Assembly (NCBI GenBank): GCA_963845755.1
Contig: CAWJTV010000005.1
Coordinates: 704,001 to 768,000 of the forward strand
Length of the DNA stretch: 64,000 bases
From: an uncultured Planctomycetota bacterium
GTDB taxonomy: Bacteria; Planctomycetota; Planctomycetia; Isosphaerales; Isosphaeraceae
Direction of reading: 5' to 3'
The translations under genes and the position numbers were made by a program. Position 1 is the first letter of the stretch. Each line of letters starts with the position of its first letter. Shown here piece by piece: positions 1-9,193 of the stretch. A model generated the notes under the pieces. That model saw only the letters and a list, made by a program, of their open reading frames with translations. It ran no database searches and had not been told where the DNA came from.

Positions 1-822
1 GCCGGTTGCGTGATGGATTCCGGTGAGGAGGTGGATGAATAGATCGCCAGCAACCGCCGTGCCATAGTCCCAGTAGTTCCGCCATCGGAAGAACCGGACG
101 GGATCGAACGGTCGCTGGGGTGCGTCGCCCAGGAAGCGGGTCCAGTCGATCGTCTCGGGCGAGGCGTCGGTGGGGATCGAATATTGCCAGGCACCGACGT
201 CCGAGTTCCGATTGTAACGGGCCTCGATCGCGTGGACCTTGCCCAGAGCGCCGCTGTGGATCAGATCTTTGACCTTGTCGTAGAGGATCGAGCTGGCGTA
301 CTGGCTGCCCACCTGGAAGACGGACCGGGTCTCCTTGTTGGCGGCGATGACGGCCGGCCCCTCCTCGACCGCGCGGATCATCGGCTTCTCGCAATAGACC
401 GCCTTTCCCGCCTTCATCGCCTCGATCGACATCTTCGCGTGCCAGTGATCGGGCACGCAGATGAGCACGGCATCGACGTCCTTGCGTGCGAGGATCTCGC
501 GATAGTCAACATACGTCTCGACGTGGCTGCCGAAGACTTCTTTGGCGTGGGTCCTCCGGCCCTCGTAGAGGTCGGAGGCAGCGACAAGCTCCACCCCTGG
601 GACCTTGCAAGCCGTCGTCGTGTCGATAAAGCCGATGATGCCCATGCCGATCGTGGCGATCCGGATCCGGTCATTGGGTCCGCTCGGTTGGGGCGATTGG
701 ACCGTGGGCTTGAGCTCGTGAACGCCGTCCGCCAGCGCATTGTAGCCGACGGTCATGGCGGCCGAGGCGGCAGTCATGGACGTCAGGAATGACCGTCGAG
801 TGCCTCCGGTAAAGTCTTGCAT
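1..822 (-). CDS. Gfo/Idh/MocA family oxidoreductase with Tat signal (runs off left window edge)
   Basis: Manual translation from ATG 822: MQDFTGGTRRSFL (Tat), RIATIGMGIIG (Rossmann), VPDHWH, YCEKPM, FQVGSQ, WRNYWDYGT; GGAGG RBS upstream. Absent from the ORF track because no stop lies in the window. Confidence 0.9.
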   Translation of the reverse strand, partial: MQDFTGGTRRSFLTSMTAASAAMTVGYNALADGVHELKPTVQSPQPSGPNDRIRIATIGMGIIGFIDTTTACKVPGVELVAASDLYEGRRTHAKEVFGSHVETYVDYREILARKDVDAVLICVPDHWHAKMSIEAMKAGKAVYCEKPMIRAVEEGPAVIAANKETRSVFQVGSQYASSILYDKVKDLIHSGALGKVHAIEARYNRNSDVGAWQYSIPTDASPETIDWTRFLGDAPQRPFDPVRFFRWRNYWDYGTAVAGDLFIHLLTGIHHATG

Positions 823-1308
823 AAGTTCCTCCATCGTGCAGGAATCGGTCCCGAAGGCCGTAGCCCCGCCCATCCGCGAGGCCGGTCCGGCCTGGATGGA
901 TCCTAGCATAGGAGCCGCGGGACCCGAGAGGAAGACTCCGCACGTCGGACTTTGCAAGCTTTTTGCAAGAGTCGCGGGCCCCGCGTTTTCGCGCACAACC
1001 ACCGGTCCCCCCAGTCGAGATCGTCTCGGCAGGCCCACGCGGGCTGAGAGACGTGATCTCGTCGGTCGTGTCGAGAAGAGGGCGGTGACTCGTGGACGTC
1101 GGCAATGGGTCGACACCACAACTCACGGCCCACTCTCCTGCGAACCGAAAGAGCATCGGAGCCGCTCCCGTAGCGTGGATCGAAGGCCGCAACTCATGAT
1201 GAGGCCCAACGATTTCCCCGGTAAATCCGGGGGGTCGCGCCTCGATGTATCGAGGCGCGACCCGCCCGACGACGGTTCGTTGACCTTCTTGAACACCCTC
1301 TGAATTCG

Positions 1309-2104
1309 CTAGCACCCTCCGTCGCCCCCTCCGAAGCCTTGGCCCGGTCCGCCCCTCGTCTGACCGGTGACGAGGTTGAAGTACGGATAGGTCGCCGTGC
1401 TCGAGCTTCCCTCGGCGGCCAGTACGGCCGCCCAATCGGTATTGATCGTCGTAAAGTCCGCCGATGTGATGTTCGATGAGGTCACGGCCGCCGCAAGCGC
1501 GTTGTACGCCGTGGTGAGGTCCGTGGTTTCCTGCGTCGTCGGGGAACTCGTGTAAAGGGCTTCGAACTGGCTCAGGAGCGTCGAATCGCCGGCCAGGGTC
1601 GTTCCGGATGCATAAGCCGTCACCAGGCTGTTCTCGAACGACTTGAGCGCCGACTCGCTGGTCGGCGTAAGGCCGTCACTGGAAAGCGTCTGGAAGGCCG
1701 CCATGATCGCGGTCAATTGGCCGACCGTTGTTCCCGAGCCGAGCTCGATGGCCTGGATGTCGTTTCGGAGCGTCTGAAGCTGCGCTGGAAAGCGTGGAGG
1801 TCGATGAGGAACTCGATGCGGTGGTCGTGGTGTCGGACGAGTCGCTCGTCGTGGTCGAAGTGCTCGACGTGCTGTCCGTCGTGCTCGTTGATTCGCTCGC
1901 GGTACTCGTCGCGTGGTGTGCGTGATGAGCCGCGGCGTGCAGGTGCGCGAGCGCGTGATGGGCGAGGCCACCGTGAGCAGGAGTCACGCGCCCCTCGAGG
2001 CTCTCGCAGGAAAGGACCGTTTTCCTGGGGCGTCTCGTCCCGCTCGCACGCGTCTTGCCATGGCCGAAGATCAGTTCTCGTAGGAGATTCCTTCGTGGTT
2101 GCAT
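1309..2104 (-). CDS. Secreted planctomycete-type protein (LEPR-XLL-like N-terminal motif), His-rich and Ser/Thr-rich, frameshift near 1785
   Basis: ORF 1676..2119 gives basic N-terminus plus LSCESLEGR, a His tract and an S/T linker; ORF 1309..1971 gives the helical C-terminal part. GAGGAG RBS before ATG 2104. Confidence 0.7.
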
Positions 2105-2511
2105 CGTGATGCTCCTCAAAAACGGTATCGTTTGTCAACGCAAGTGAGAGGCGTCCCGTGCTGAGGCGAGGTCCCTGAAGTCGTTGCGGCGCGCACGACT
2201 GTCGGATCCCTCGACGGTCTTCGCGACTCGATGAGGACATACCGACATTCACCGATCACGTTGAGCGCTTATCAGCCCGATGTCACGGCGCGGCACGTTC
2301 CCGCGTCTCCGACGGGCATGAGGCTCGCACCGCATGGACTCACGCGATCAGGGAGAAGAGCCGTCTTCCTGAGTCTCGATCCGAGAAACGCTTCTTTCCA
2401 TCGACAACTCAGGAAGGCCGGCCTTAGATTCAAACGTAGTTTTGCCAGTTGAGCGCGCGCACGGCGTTTGGAAAGTCCGTACGCGACGTGCCCCACGTAT
2501 CAGACAGGCTC

Positions 2512-4830
2512 CTATCGCTGGCCGTCGGCTTCGGAGACACCGCGAGAGATCGCCGTGTCCGAGCCTTCGAGACGGAGGCACCAGCGTACGGCATTGCGGA
2601 GGAGCCGCTGGTACATGGGATGGAGCAAAGCCTCGCGGGTGTGTCCGTTGGCGAGGTGGCAGAGCCGGCCGCGGCCGGGCTCGCGGACCCAGCCGGCGGC
2701 GGCCGTCTTCCCGTCGTCGGAGCGATTGCGCAACAGCAAGTGGACGCGTCCTTCCTCGTAAGCCGGCGCGTGCTGTTCATCGGCAACGAAGAAAGCTCGG
2801 ACGCCCCGCGTGACCGCATGATCCGGATCGGTGATTTCGACTCGGAACCGTTCCAGCGGGCCGTGACCCGTATAACGGCCGCCGACCAGATTGAGATAAG
2901 GACCGTTGGGTGGATACAGCCCCATGGAGTTGTGCAGGTTGAGGAACGCGCCTCCGTTCTCAACGTATGACGACACCGCGCGCTCCTGCTCGGGCGTCAT
3001 CCAGATGTGATTCCGATGAGGATCGCGTTCCGGGCGCTGGAGGCCGTCGCGGAGGATCACCAGGAGCGGGACTCTCTCCAGGTTCTTCGCCGTCAGCGCA
3101 TTCACGTCGACCGTGAAGTGGGGCACGACCCCCGTGGCCTCGAATACGGGTCGTAGTCCCTCCTCGATGTGGGCGGGCTCGTGGGGCTGGTCGCCGATCA
3201 GGACCAGGGCATGGGGCGGTCGATCGCTCGCGCTCGGGGCGCGGCCATGAAATGGGGCGTTCGGGACGGTTAGCTCCCGGTAGACCGACTCGATGTCTTC
3301 GGCGGTCGGCGTGTCGTAGGGCATCCAGACCAGGTCGGCGGCGGGAATGTGAACCTGGTCGAAAAGGCCGGCAAGCGGCCGGCCCTGAGCGATGTGGAAG
3401 CCGACTTGCTGACGGATCTCCGCCAGGAACCGGTGGTTTCGGGTGAGGATCTCGGGGCCTCCCCACGAGCCGAGCGCGGGGACGACGCGATCCGGCCCGA
3501 GATCCTCCAGACGCCTCAGGGCCGCGATCCACGATTCCGTGTCCCGGCCCTTCAGTGCGGCCCGCGGACCATTGATGACGAGCGGGCCGGCGAACAGGAC
3601 CGACTTCCCAGGAAGATGGACGGCTCCGCCCGATCCGCCCGCCACCTCATCCATGGGGAGGAATTCGACCGGCACCGCGGCGTCACCGATCTCGCTGCGC
3701 GCCGGGACCACATGCACGACCGTCGGCTCGAGGGATGGGTCCGCGGCGATCAGCCGGTCGCGCGTCCCTTGCGACGCGATGATGCGGGTGATCCCTCGTT
3801 CGAGCATGGCGCGGAGGATTGCAGGATCCCCGTCCTGAAAGTGGGTCAACACCAGGGTCCGGATCGGCTTGCCGGTCGAGGTCCTGACACGGTCCAGGTA
3901 CTCCGGCACGGGCAGACCGCGGGGGAGGTCGATCATCAGGGTCGACTGGCCCATCGAGACCCAACCACAGTTGGCGTCTCGGTAACGATCAGAGAACCCG
4001 ACTGCAATCACTCCCGGTCCAAGTCGCTCTTGATGCGGTAGCATCGTGGAAGGGTTCGTCTTCGCAGGTACCTCGGGATCAGACGGTGCTTTCGCGAACG
4101 ACGCCGGGACCAGCAGTCGTGTCGTGACCTCGCCGGCGAACTCGGCGACTTTCTCGCTATAGGTCCGCCCGTCCGCGGTCGCGGAGAATTTGGTGATGAG
4201 CCGTTCGCGCTCGGCCAGGCTCTCGAACCGGAAGAGATAGGTGACCTCCGACCACCGCCCCACGTCGACGACCCAGGGGCCGGCGGGACGAAAACCGTGG
4301 GCCTTGAGCAGCGCGAGGCCTCGCCCCGTCATGAACGCAAGGTATTCGGCGCGGCGTGCCAGGGGCACCCGGTGAACTTCATGGATAACGAACGAGGCCG
4401 GCTCGGGCAAGCTAGGAGGCTGCGCGTGCGGCGCAAGACGCAGGAATCGGCTCTCCTCACCGGCCAGGAGTGGGTCGCGCGTCGCGACGAACCTGGCGAA
4501 CGCGGGTTCCTTCGAGAGGAATTGGATCGCCCGCTCGAAGGCCGCCATATCGTCGTATTCCCAGATTGTCACTTGTTCGTAAAGGTCGCCGATCAGCGTC
4601 GTCCACCAGCCGACCATCCGGCCCCCCGCTTTCCGGAACAGCGGCAGACCCGATTGCTCGATCAGCCGATTGTAGGCCGGTCCCTGGTCGGGACGGATCC
4701 GGATCCGCCACTCACCATAAACTCGGGATCCATCGCGACCCGGCGGCGCATCGCGATCGTCGCCATACGAGATCGCCGTGGCAGCGATCACTATTAGGAA
4801 AGCCCACGAGGCTCGGTGGAGTTGGGACAT
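2512..4830 (-). CDS. Secreted multidomain protein: two NIPSNAP domains + degenerate metallo-beta-lactamase fold + ThuA-like domain
   Basis: Signal peptide; NIPSNAP-like GWWTTLIGDLYEQVTIWEY and a second copy; MBL-like ANCGWV, LMID, VLFAG; ThuA-like NGGAFLNLH, DEQH, GRGRLCHLANGH. Confidence 0.8.
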   Translation of the reverse strand: MSQLHRASWAFLIVIAATAISYGDDRDAPPGRDGSRVYGEWRIRIRPDQGPAYNRLIEQSGLPLFRKAGGRMVGWWTTLIGDLYEQVTIWEYDDMAAFERAIQFLSKEPAFARFVATRDPLLAGEESRFLRLAPHAQPPSLPEPASFVIHEVHRVPLARRAEYLAFMTGRGLALLKAHGFRPAGPWVVDVGRWSEVTYLFRFESLAERERLITKFSATADGRTYSEKVAEFAGEVTTRLLVPASFAKAPSDPEVPAKTNPSTMLPHQERLGPGVIAVGFSDRYRDANCGWVSMGQSTLMIDLPRGLPVPEYLDRVRTSTGKPIRTLVLTHFQDGDPAILRAMLERGITRIIASQGTRDRLIAADPSLEPTVVHVVPARSEIGDAAVPVEFLPMDEVAGGSGGAVHLPGKSVLFAGPLVINGPRAALKGRDTESWIAALRRLEDLGPDRVVPALGSWGGPEILTRNHRFLAEIRQQVGFHIAQGRPLAGLFDQVHIPAADLVWMPYDTPTAEDIESVYRELTVPNAPFHGRAPSASDRPPHALVLIGDQPHEPAHIEEGLRPVFEATGVVPHFTVDVNALTAKNLERVPLLVILRDGLQRPERDPHRNHIWMTPEQERAVSSYVENGGAFLNLHNSMGLYPPNGPYLNLVGGRYTGHGPLERFRVEITDPDHAVTRGVRAFFVADEQHAPAYEEGRVHLLLRNRSDDGKTAAAGWVREPGRGRLCHLANGHTREALLHPMYQRLLRNAVRWCLRLEGSDTAISRGVSEADGQR

Positions 4831-5065
4831 GGTCGGACACCCCGGATGGTAGGCGAAAGAACGAGATCGAAGGGATTCCATCGATACCCTTGGTCGCCGC
4901 CATCATACGGCCCGCGAAAAGGCCCCGCAAAGGGTCGATCCAGCCGGCCGAGCGAGACGTCGCACCGGATTGCAGTCGGAATGGAGGGCGATGGTACAAT
5001 CGAGCCGCGTAACGAGAAAGGCCCGGACGTAATGGCCGTTTCATCGATTTACAAGGTACATCTAG

Positions 5066-6340
5066 ATGATCGATCTTGCCTGGTTCTCGCTCGCGGCCCT
5101 GGTCGTGGTGATCGTTCTGAGCTGTACGACGACCGTGAATCCGGGGTTTCTCTCGCTGGCGTTGGCCTGGGTGATCGGAATCTACCTGGCTCCACGCTGG
5201 GGGCAGGTATTCACGACGAGCCAGCTTCTGAGTGGCTTCCCCACCGACTTGTTCCTGACGCTGGTCGGTGTGACCCTCCTCTTCTCCCTGGCCCGGGGCA
5301 ATGGCACGCTCGATCGAGTCGTGCGCGCGGCCGTACGATGCTGCCGGGGGAACGCCGGCTTGATCCCGTTCCTCTTCTTCGGGTTATCGTGTGGCATCGC
5401 ATCGATCGGGGCGGGGAACGTCGCGGCGGCCGCGATGATCGCACCCCTGGCCATGGCGGTTGCGGATCGAGCGCGGATCCCTCCGCTCCTGATGACGATC
5501 ATGGTCGCGCACGGCTGCATCGCCGGTGCGCTCTCGCCGATCGCTCCGACGGGGATCATCGCCAGCGGACTGATGGACCGCATGGGACTGTCGGGATTCG
5601 AGCGCCAGACCTACCTCTCGAACCTTCTGGCCAACGCCGCGGTCGCCGCCTTGGGTTACCTGGCGTTCGGCGGCTTGCGGCTGTTCGGCCAGACCTATCG
5701 TGAGCGGCCGAGCGAGATCAACTCTCCCGAGACCTCCGAAACGATGACGCCTCGTCACTGGCTCACGTTGGCGACGATCGCAATCCTGGTCGTCGGAGTC
5801 ATTCTCTTCCAAGTGCACGTCGGGATGGGGGCGTTCGTCGCGGCGGTGCTGCTCACGTTGCTGAAAGTCGCCGATGAACGCACGGTGGTGCCCTCGTTAC
5901 CGTGGAGCGTCATCATGATGGTCTGCGGCGTGACCGTCCTGACCTCACTCCTCGAGAAGACCGGCGGGATCGACCTGTTCACGACCATCCTGGCGCGGTT
6001 CGCGACTCATCGAACGATCACCGGCTTGATCGCCTTTGTCACCGGGTTGGTCTCGGTCTATAGCAGCACTTCGGGCGTGGTGCTGCCGGCAATCCTGCCG
6101 AGCGTTCCGGGCCTGGTTTCCAAGCTGGGTGGCGGCGATCCGCTGGCGATCGCGTCATCGATCTTGATCGGCGGCCATCTGGTCGATGTCTCACCCCTGT
6201 CGACGATCGGTGCCCTCTGCATCGCCTCGGTACCGATCACGGCCGACCGCAGGCTCCTGTTCAACCAGGTACTCGCCTGGGGATTGTCGATGTCGATCGT
6301 TGGTGCGGTGGGCTGCTATGTGGTTTATGGATCATGGTAG
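5066..6340 (+). CDS. Dicarboxylate carrier MatC / SLC13-like (IT superfamily) permease
   Basis: 424 aa, about 11-12 hydrophobic segments; GFPTDLFLTLVGVT, NGTLD, SPIAPTGII, DVSPLSTIGA motifs. Confidence 0.75.
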   Translation: MIDLAWFSLAALVVVIVLSCTTTVNPGFLSLALAWVIGIYLAPRWGQVFTTSQLLSGFPTDLFLTLVGVTLLFSLARGNGTLDRVVRAAVRCCRGNAGLIPFLFFGLSCGIASIGAGNVAAAAMIAPLAMAVADRARIPPLLMTIMVAHGCIAGALSPIAPTGIIASGLMDRMGLSGFERQTYLSNLLANAAVAALGYLAFGGLRLFGQTYRERPSEINSPETSETMTPRHWLTLATIAILVVGVILFQVHVGMGAFVAAVLLTLLKVADERTVVPSLPWSVIMMVCGVTVLTSLLEKTGGIDLFTTILARFATHRTITGLIAFVTGLVSVYSSTSGVVLPAILPSVPGLVSKLGGGDPLAIASSILIGGHLVDVSPLSTIGALCIASVPITADRRLLFNQVLAWGLSMSIVGAVGCYVVYGSW

Positions 6341-6388
6341 AGTGGTCGAAGCGGCTGATCCGAATCTCCCTCTATGTGAGCGATTGTC

Positions 6389-7578
6389 ATGCCAGTCGTG
6401 TCGTTGGCCGGTCGTGTTTCCCAGTTGCGGCCGACGGCCGTCAATCGGGTCTTGCAACAGGTTCGACAGCTCGAGGCCGAAGGACGGTCGCTCATCTCCC
6501 TGATGCGCGGACAACCCGATACGCCGACGCCCGCGCACATCGTCGAGGCGGCGATGCGATCGCTGCGCGACGGCCGCACGGGATATCCCGATAATCGAGG
6601 CGAACCGGCCCTGCGGCGGGCCGTCGCCGAGAAGCTCCGGCGCGATCAGGGACTCTCCTACGATCCCGACTGCGAAATCCTGATCACCGACGGAGCCACC
6701 TTGGGGCTCTACTCGGCACTCGGTGCGCTGGTGCAGCCGAACGATCCGGTCCTGATCCCCGATCCGATCTACGACGCCTATTCCTCACCAATCTCGATCT
6801 GGGGTGGCTGTCCAAGGCCCGTTCCCGCGACGATCCGCGACGGACGGTTCACGATCGATCGCGATGCGATCGAGAATGCCCGGGTCTCCAACCGAGGCAT
6901 CATCCTGCTCAACACACCGTGGAACCCCGTCGGCACGGTCCTCACATCGGAGGAGGTCGTGAACGTCCTCCAGTTTGCCGAAAAGCGGGATTATCCCGTC
7001 ATCAGCGACGAGATCTATGAGTCGTTGGTCTACGACGGTCGCCGGCACGTCTCGCCCGCCGCCGCATCGGCCGATGCACAGGCCCGGACCGTCGTGATCA
7101 ACAGTCTCTCGAAGACTTACTCGATGACGGGTTGGCGCGTGGGTTATCCGCCGGTCCCGAAGCGGTCATCAAGGCCATGTTCCTGGTCTTGCAGCAGTCG
7201 AGTCGTGGGCCGGCGACGTTCGTGCAGGATGCCGCGGCCTGCGCGCTCGTGTCCGATCAAGATTGTGTCCGCCGAATGGCGGAAGAATTCCAGGCTCGGC
7301 GCGATCGAGTGGTCGAACGGTTAAGCGAGGTCCCGGGTGTCGTACCAATCGTCCCGGAAGGCGGCCTGTTCGTGATGGTCAACATCCGCGGATTGGGAAA
7401 GTCCTCCGAGGAGGTTGCACGGTTCCTCCTGCACGATGTGGGGGTCGTCGTCGTACCGGGATCGGCATACGGCCCGGGTGGCGAAGGGACCTTGCGCGTC
7501 TCGTTCGCGGCGGGTGGCCAGACCCTCGAATGGGGGCTCGAACGGCTCCGCGAGGGTCTGAGGCGATTGGCGCCGTGA
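6389..7578 (+). CDS. PLP-dependent class I/II aminotransferase (aspartate aminotransferase-like), frameshift near 7148
   Basis: GQPD, NTPWNPVG, SDEIY, SLSKTYSMTGWRVGY (PLP lysine); C-terminal half in ORF 7132..7578 (VPGSAYG..LRVSFA). Confidence 0.9.
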
Positions 7579-7608
7579 GCCGAGCGATGCGGTGCCGGGG
7601 CGCTCCAG

Positions 7609-8593
7609 TCAGGATTCGTCGGTTCGAAAGTCGCGATCGTACACGGCTTGCAGGGTCCGGTTGCTCTTCTTCGCCAGGACCTGCGCGAGACGTTCGCGGA
7701 GCCGCGGGTCGTAATTGTGGATCTTGAGTGCCGCCATGGCCGCGATCGCGTTCGTTTCTGGATCGGCCGCGACAATGTCGAGCAAGTAGTCGATCGCGGC
7801 AGGCAGCCGGAGCATGGCCATGGCCAGCAGGACCTGCCGTCCGGTCTCGGATGCGCCGCAACGTTGCCAGCACGCCCCTAGCGGGGCCATCGCGTCGGTC
7901 AGGCGCGACCTTCCCAGCGCGAGGGCCGCCGCTTCGCAACGAGAGGCATCGTGGGGTTCAAGGTGGCTGGAGACGAACGAGACGTTCTCCTTGGGATCGA
8001 CCACGAGCAGACCAGAGAAGCATTCGGAGAGGACGTCGGGATCACGGTCGCCAATGCGTGCCTTCAGGCGTAGGACCAGCCCTGCGGCCTCGTTGCCGAC
8101 ATATCCCAGCGCCTGGGCCGCCGCCATCCGAACGTCCCTCGCCGGGTCGACCATCGCGTCGACGAGCCGGGGCAAGGAACGCGAGCCCTCGATCCGCGCC
8201 AGGGCGATGATCGCCGCGGCGCGGAGCAGCGTGGCCGAGTCCTCCGACCCGCCCCAGACCGGCTCGAGCTGCACGTAGGTGGCCGCCCGATCGAAAACGT
8301 CCGGCCGCTGATGTTCCATCTTGTCGAGCGCCTGTACGACCGCGATCTTGGCGCGGCAGAGCTTGTCGTCTTTGAGGGGGTTGGCAAGGAAGTCGCTCGA
8401 AGGCCGATTCCAGGTCCGCCGCCATCTCGAGGAGCGTGTTTTCACCGGCGATCCCCGCGGCAGCGGCGACGACCAGGTTCGATCGATCACCTAGGGATTT
8501 TTTCAGCCGTGCCTTCTGTTCCGGAGAGAGCGTCTGACCGCGCAGCTCGCGAAGCGTCGCCAGTTTTTCTTCGAGACTTGGGTGGGCTGCCAT
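7609..8593 (-). CDS. HEAT/PBS-lyase-like repeat protein, frameshift near 8390
   Basis: N-terminus in ORF 8042..8593, remainder in 7609..8490; repeats DPARDVRMAAAQALG, EAAALALG. Confidence 0.75.
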
Positions 8594-8828
8594 GCTCCGC
8601 TCCGGTCGCGGGAAGGACGGTCTTTGGCGGCATCAACGTGAGTGGATTCTCCATCACTTCGATGTACCTGCGTAATGGCTTGCGTGCGAACAAAACTCGG
8701 TACACCTGGACGCCGCCAGGCCCCAGTGGCCCTCGTAGCTCAACGATCGATCCCTTCCACTCCGAATGGAGGATCTTGACGCGATCCCCGAGATTAAAGA
8801 GAAGCTTTTCCGGCTTCCAATCGGCCAT
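8487..8828 (-). CDS. Small SH3/KOW-like beta-barrel hypothetical protein
   Basis: FNLGDRVKI..GSIVELRGPLGPGG..YRV pattern; GAGGG RBS; the true end may be earlier than 8487. Confidence 0.55.
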   Translation of the reverse strand: MADWKPEKLLFNLGDRVKILHSEWKGSIVELRGPLGPGGVQVYRVLFARKPLRRYIEVMENPLTLMPPKTVLPATGAEHGSPPKSRRKTGDASRAARSDALSGTEGTAEKIPR

Positions 8829-8936
8829 CAACCGGCCCTCTCTCGCTTCGGTGTCCAGGGAGCTCGCCTGAGGACATTCCGTAACTTATTGTACATGATC
8901 CAGTCAAGGATTTGACCAGACCGTTGCAGGAACTGG

Positions 8937-9057
8937 GAGTCTGTCCCAGAAGGAGCCGGTCCGGGCGAGCGGGGGGCGTCAGCCCCCCTGTCTTGGAGGT
9001 CCGTCGCTCACCGGACAGGGGGCTGACGTCCCCCGCTCGACCTGCTGGGACAGACTC
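8937..9057. repeat. Nested inverted repeat (REPIN/MITE-like), 121 bp
   Basis: Outer perfect 13-bp IR GAGTCTGTCCCAG (8937-8949 / 9045-9057); inner near-perfect ~26-bp IR (8966-8992 / 9014-9039). Confidence 0.8.
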
Positions 9058-9193
9058 TGAGCCGGTTTTTCCAGGCTTTGCTCGTTGACCTGGAGTCAAG
9101 TGGCGCCAAAAGCGGTAGAATCCCGGTCGAAGCCTCACCCGTCCACAAAGTTTGAACACGAGACCGGGTTTCTGTTGGAGTCTCGATGCTGCC

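Noticed and set aside
184..792. Long alternative-frame and antisense ORFs (also 9746..10792, 57170..58621, 38946..40037 and many others)
   Set aside because: Shadow ORFs of real genes caused by high GC and codon bias; no recognisable motifs.
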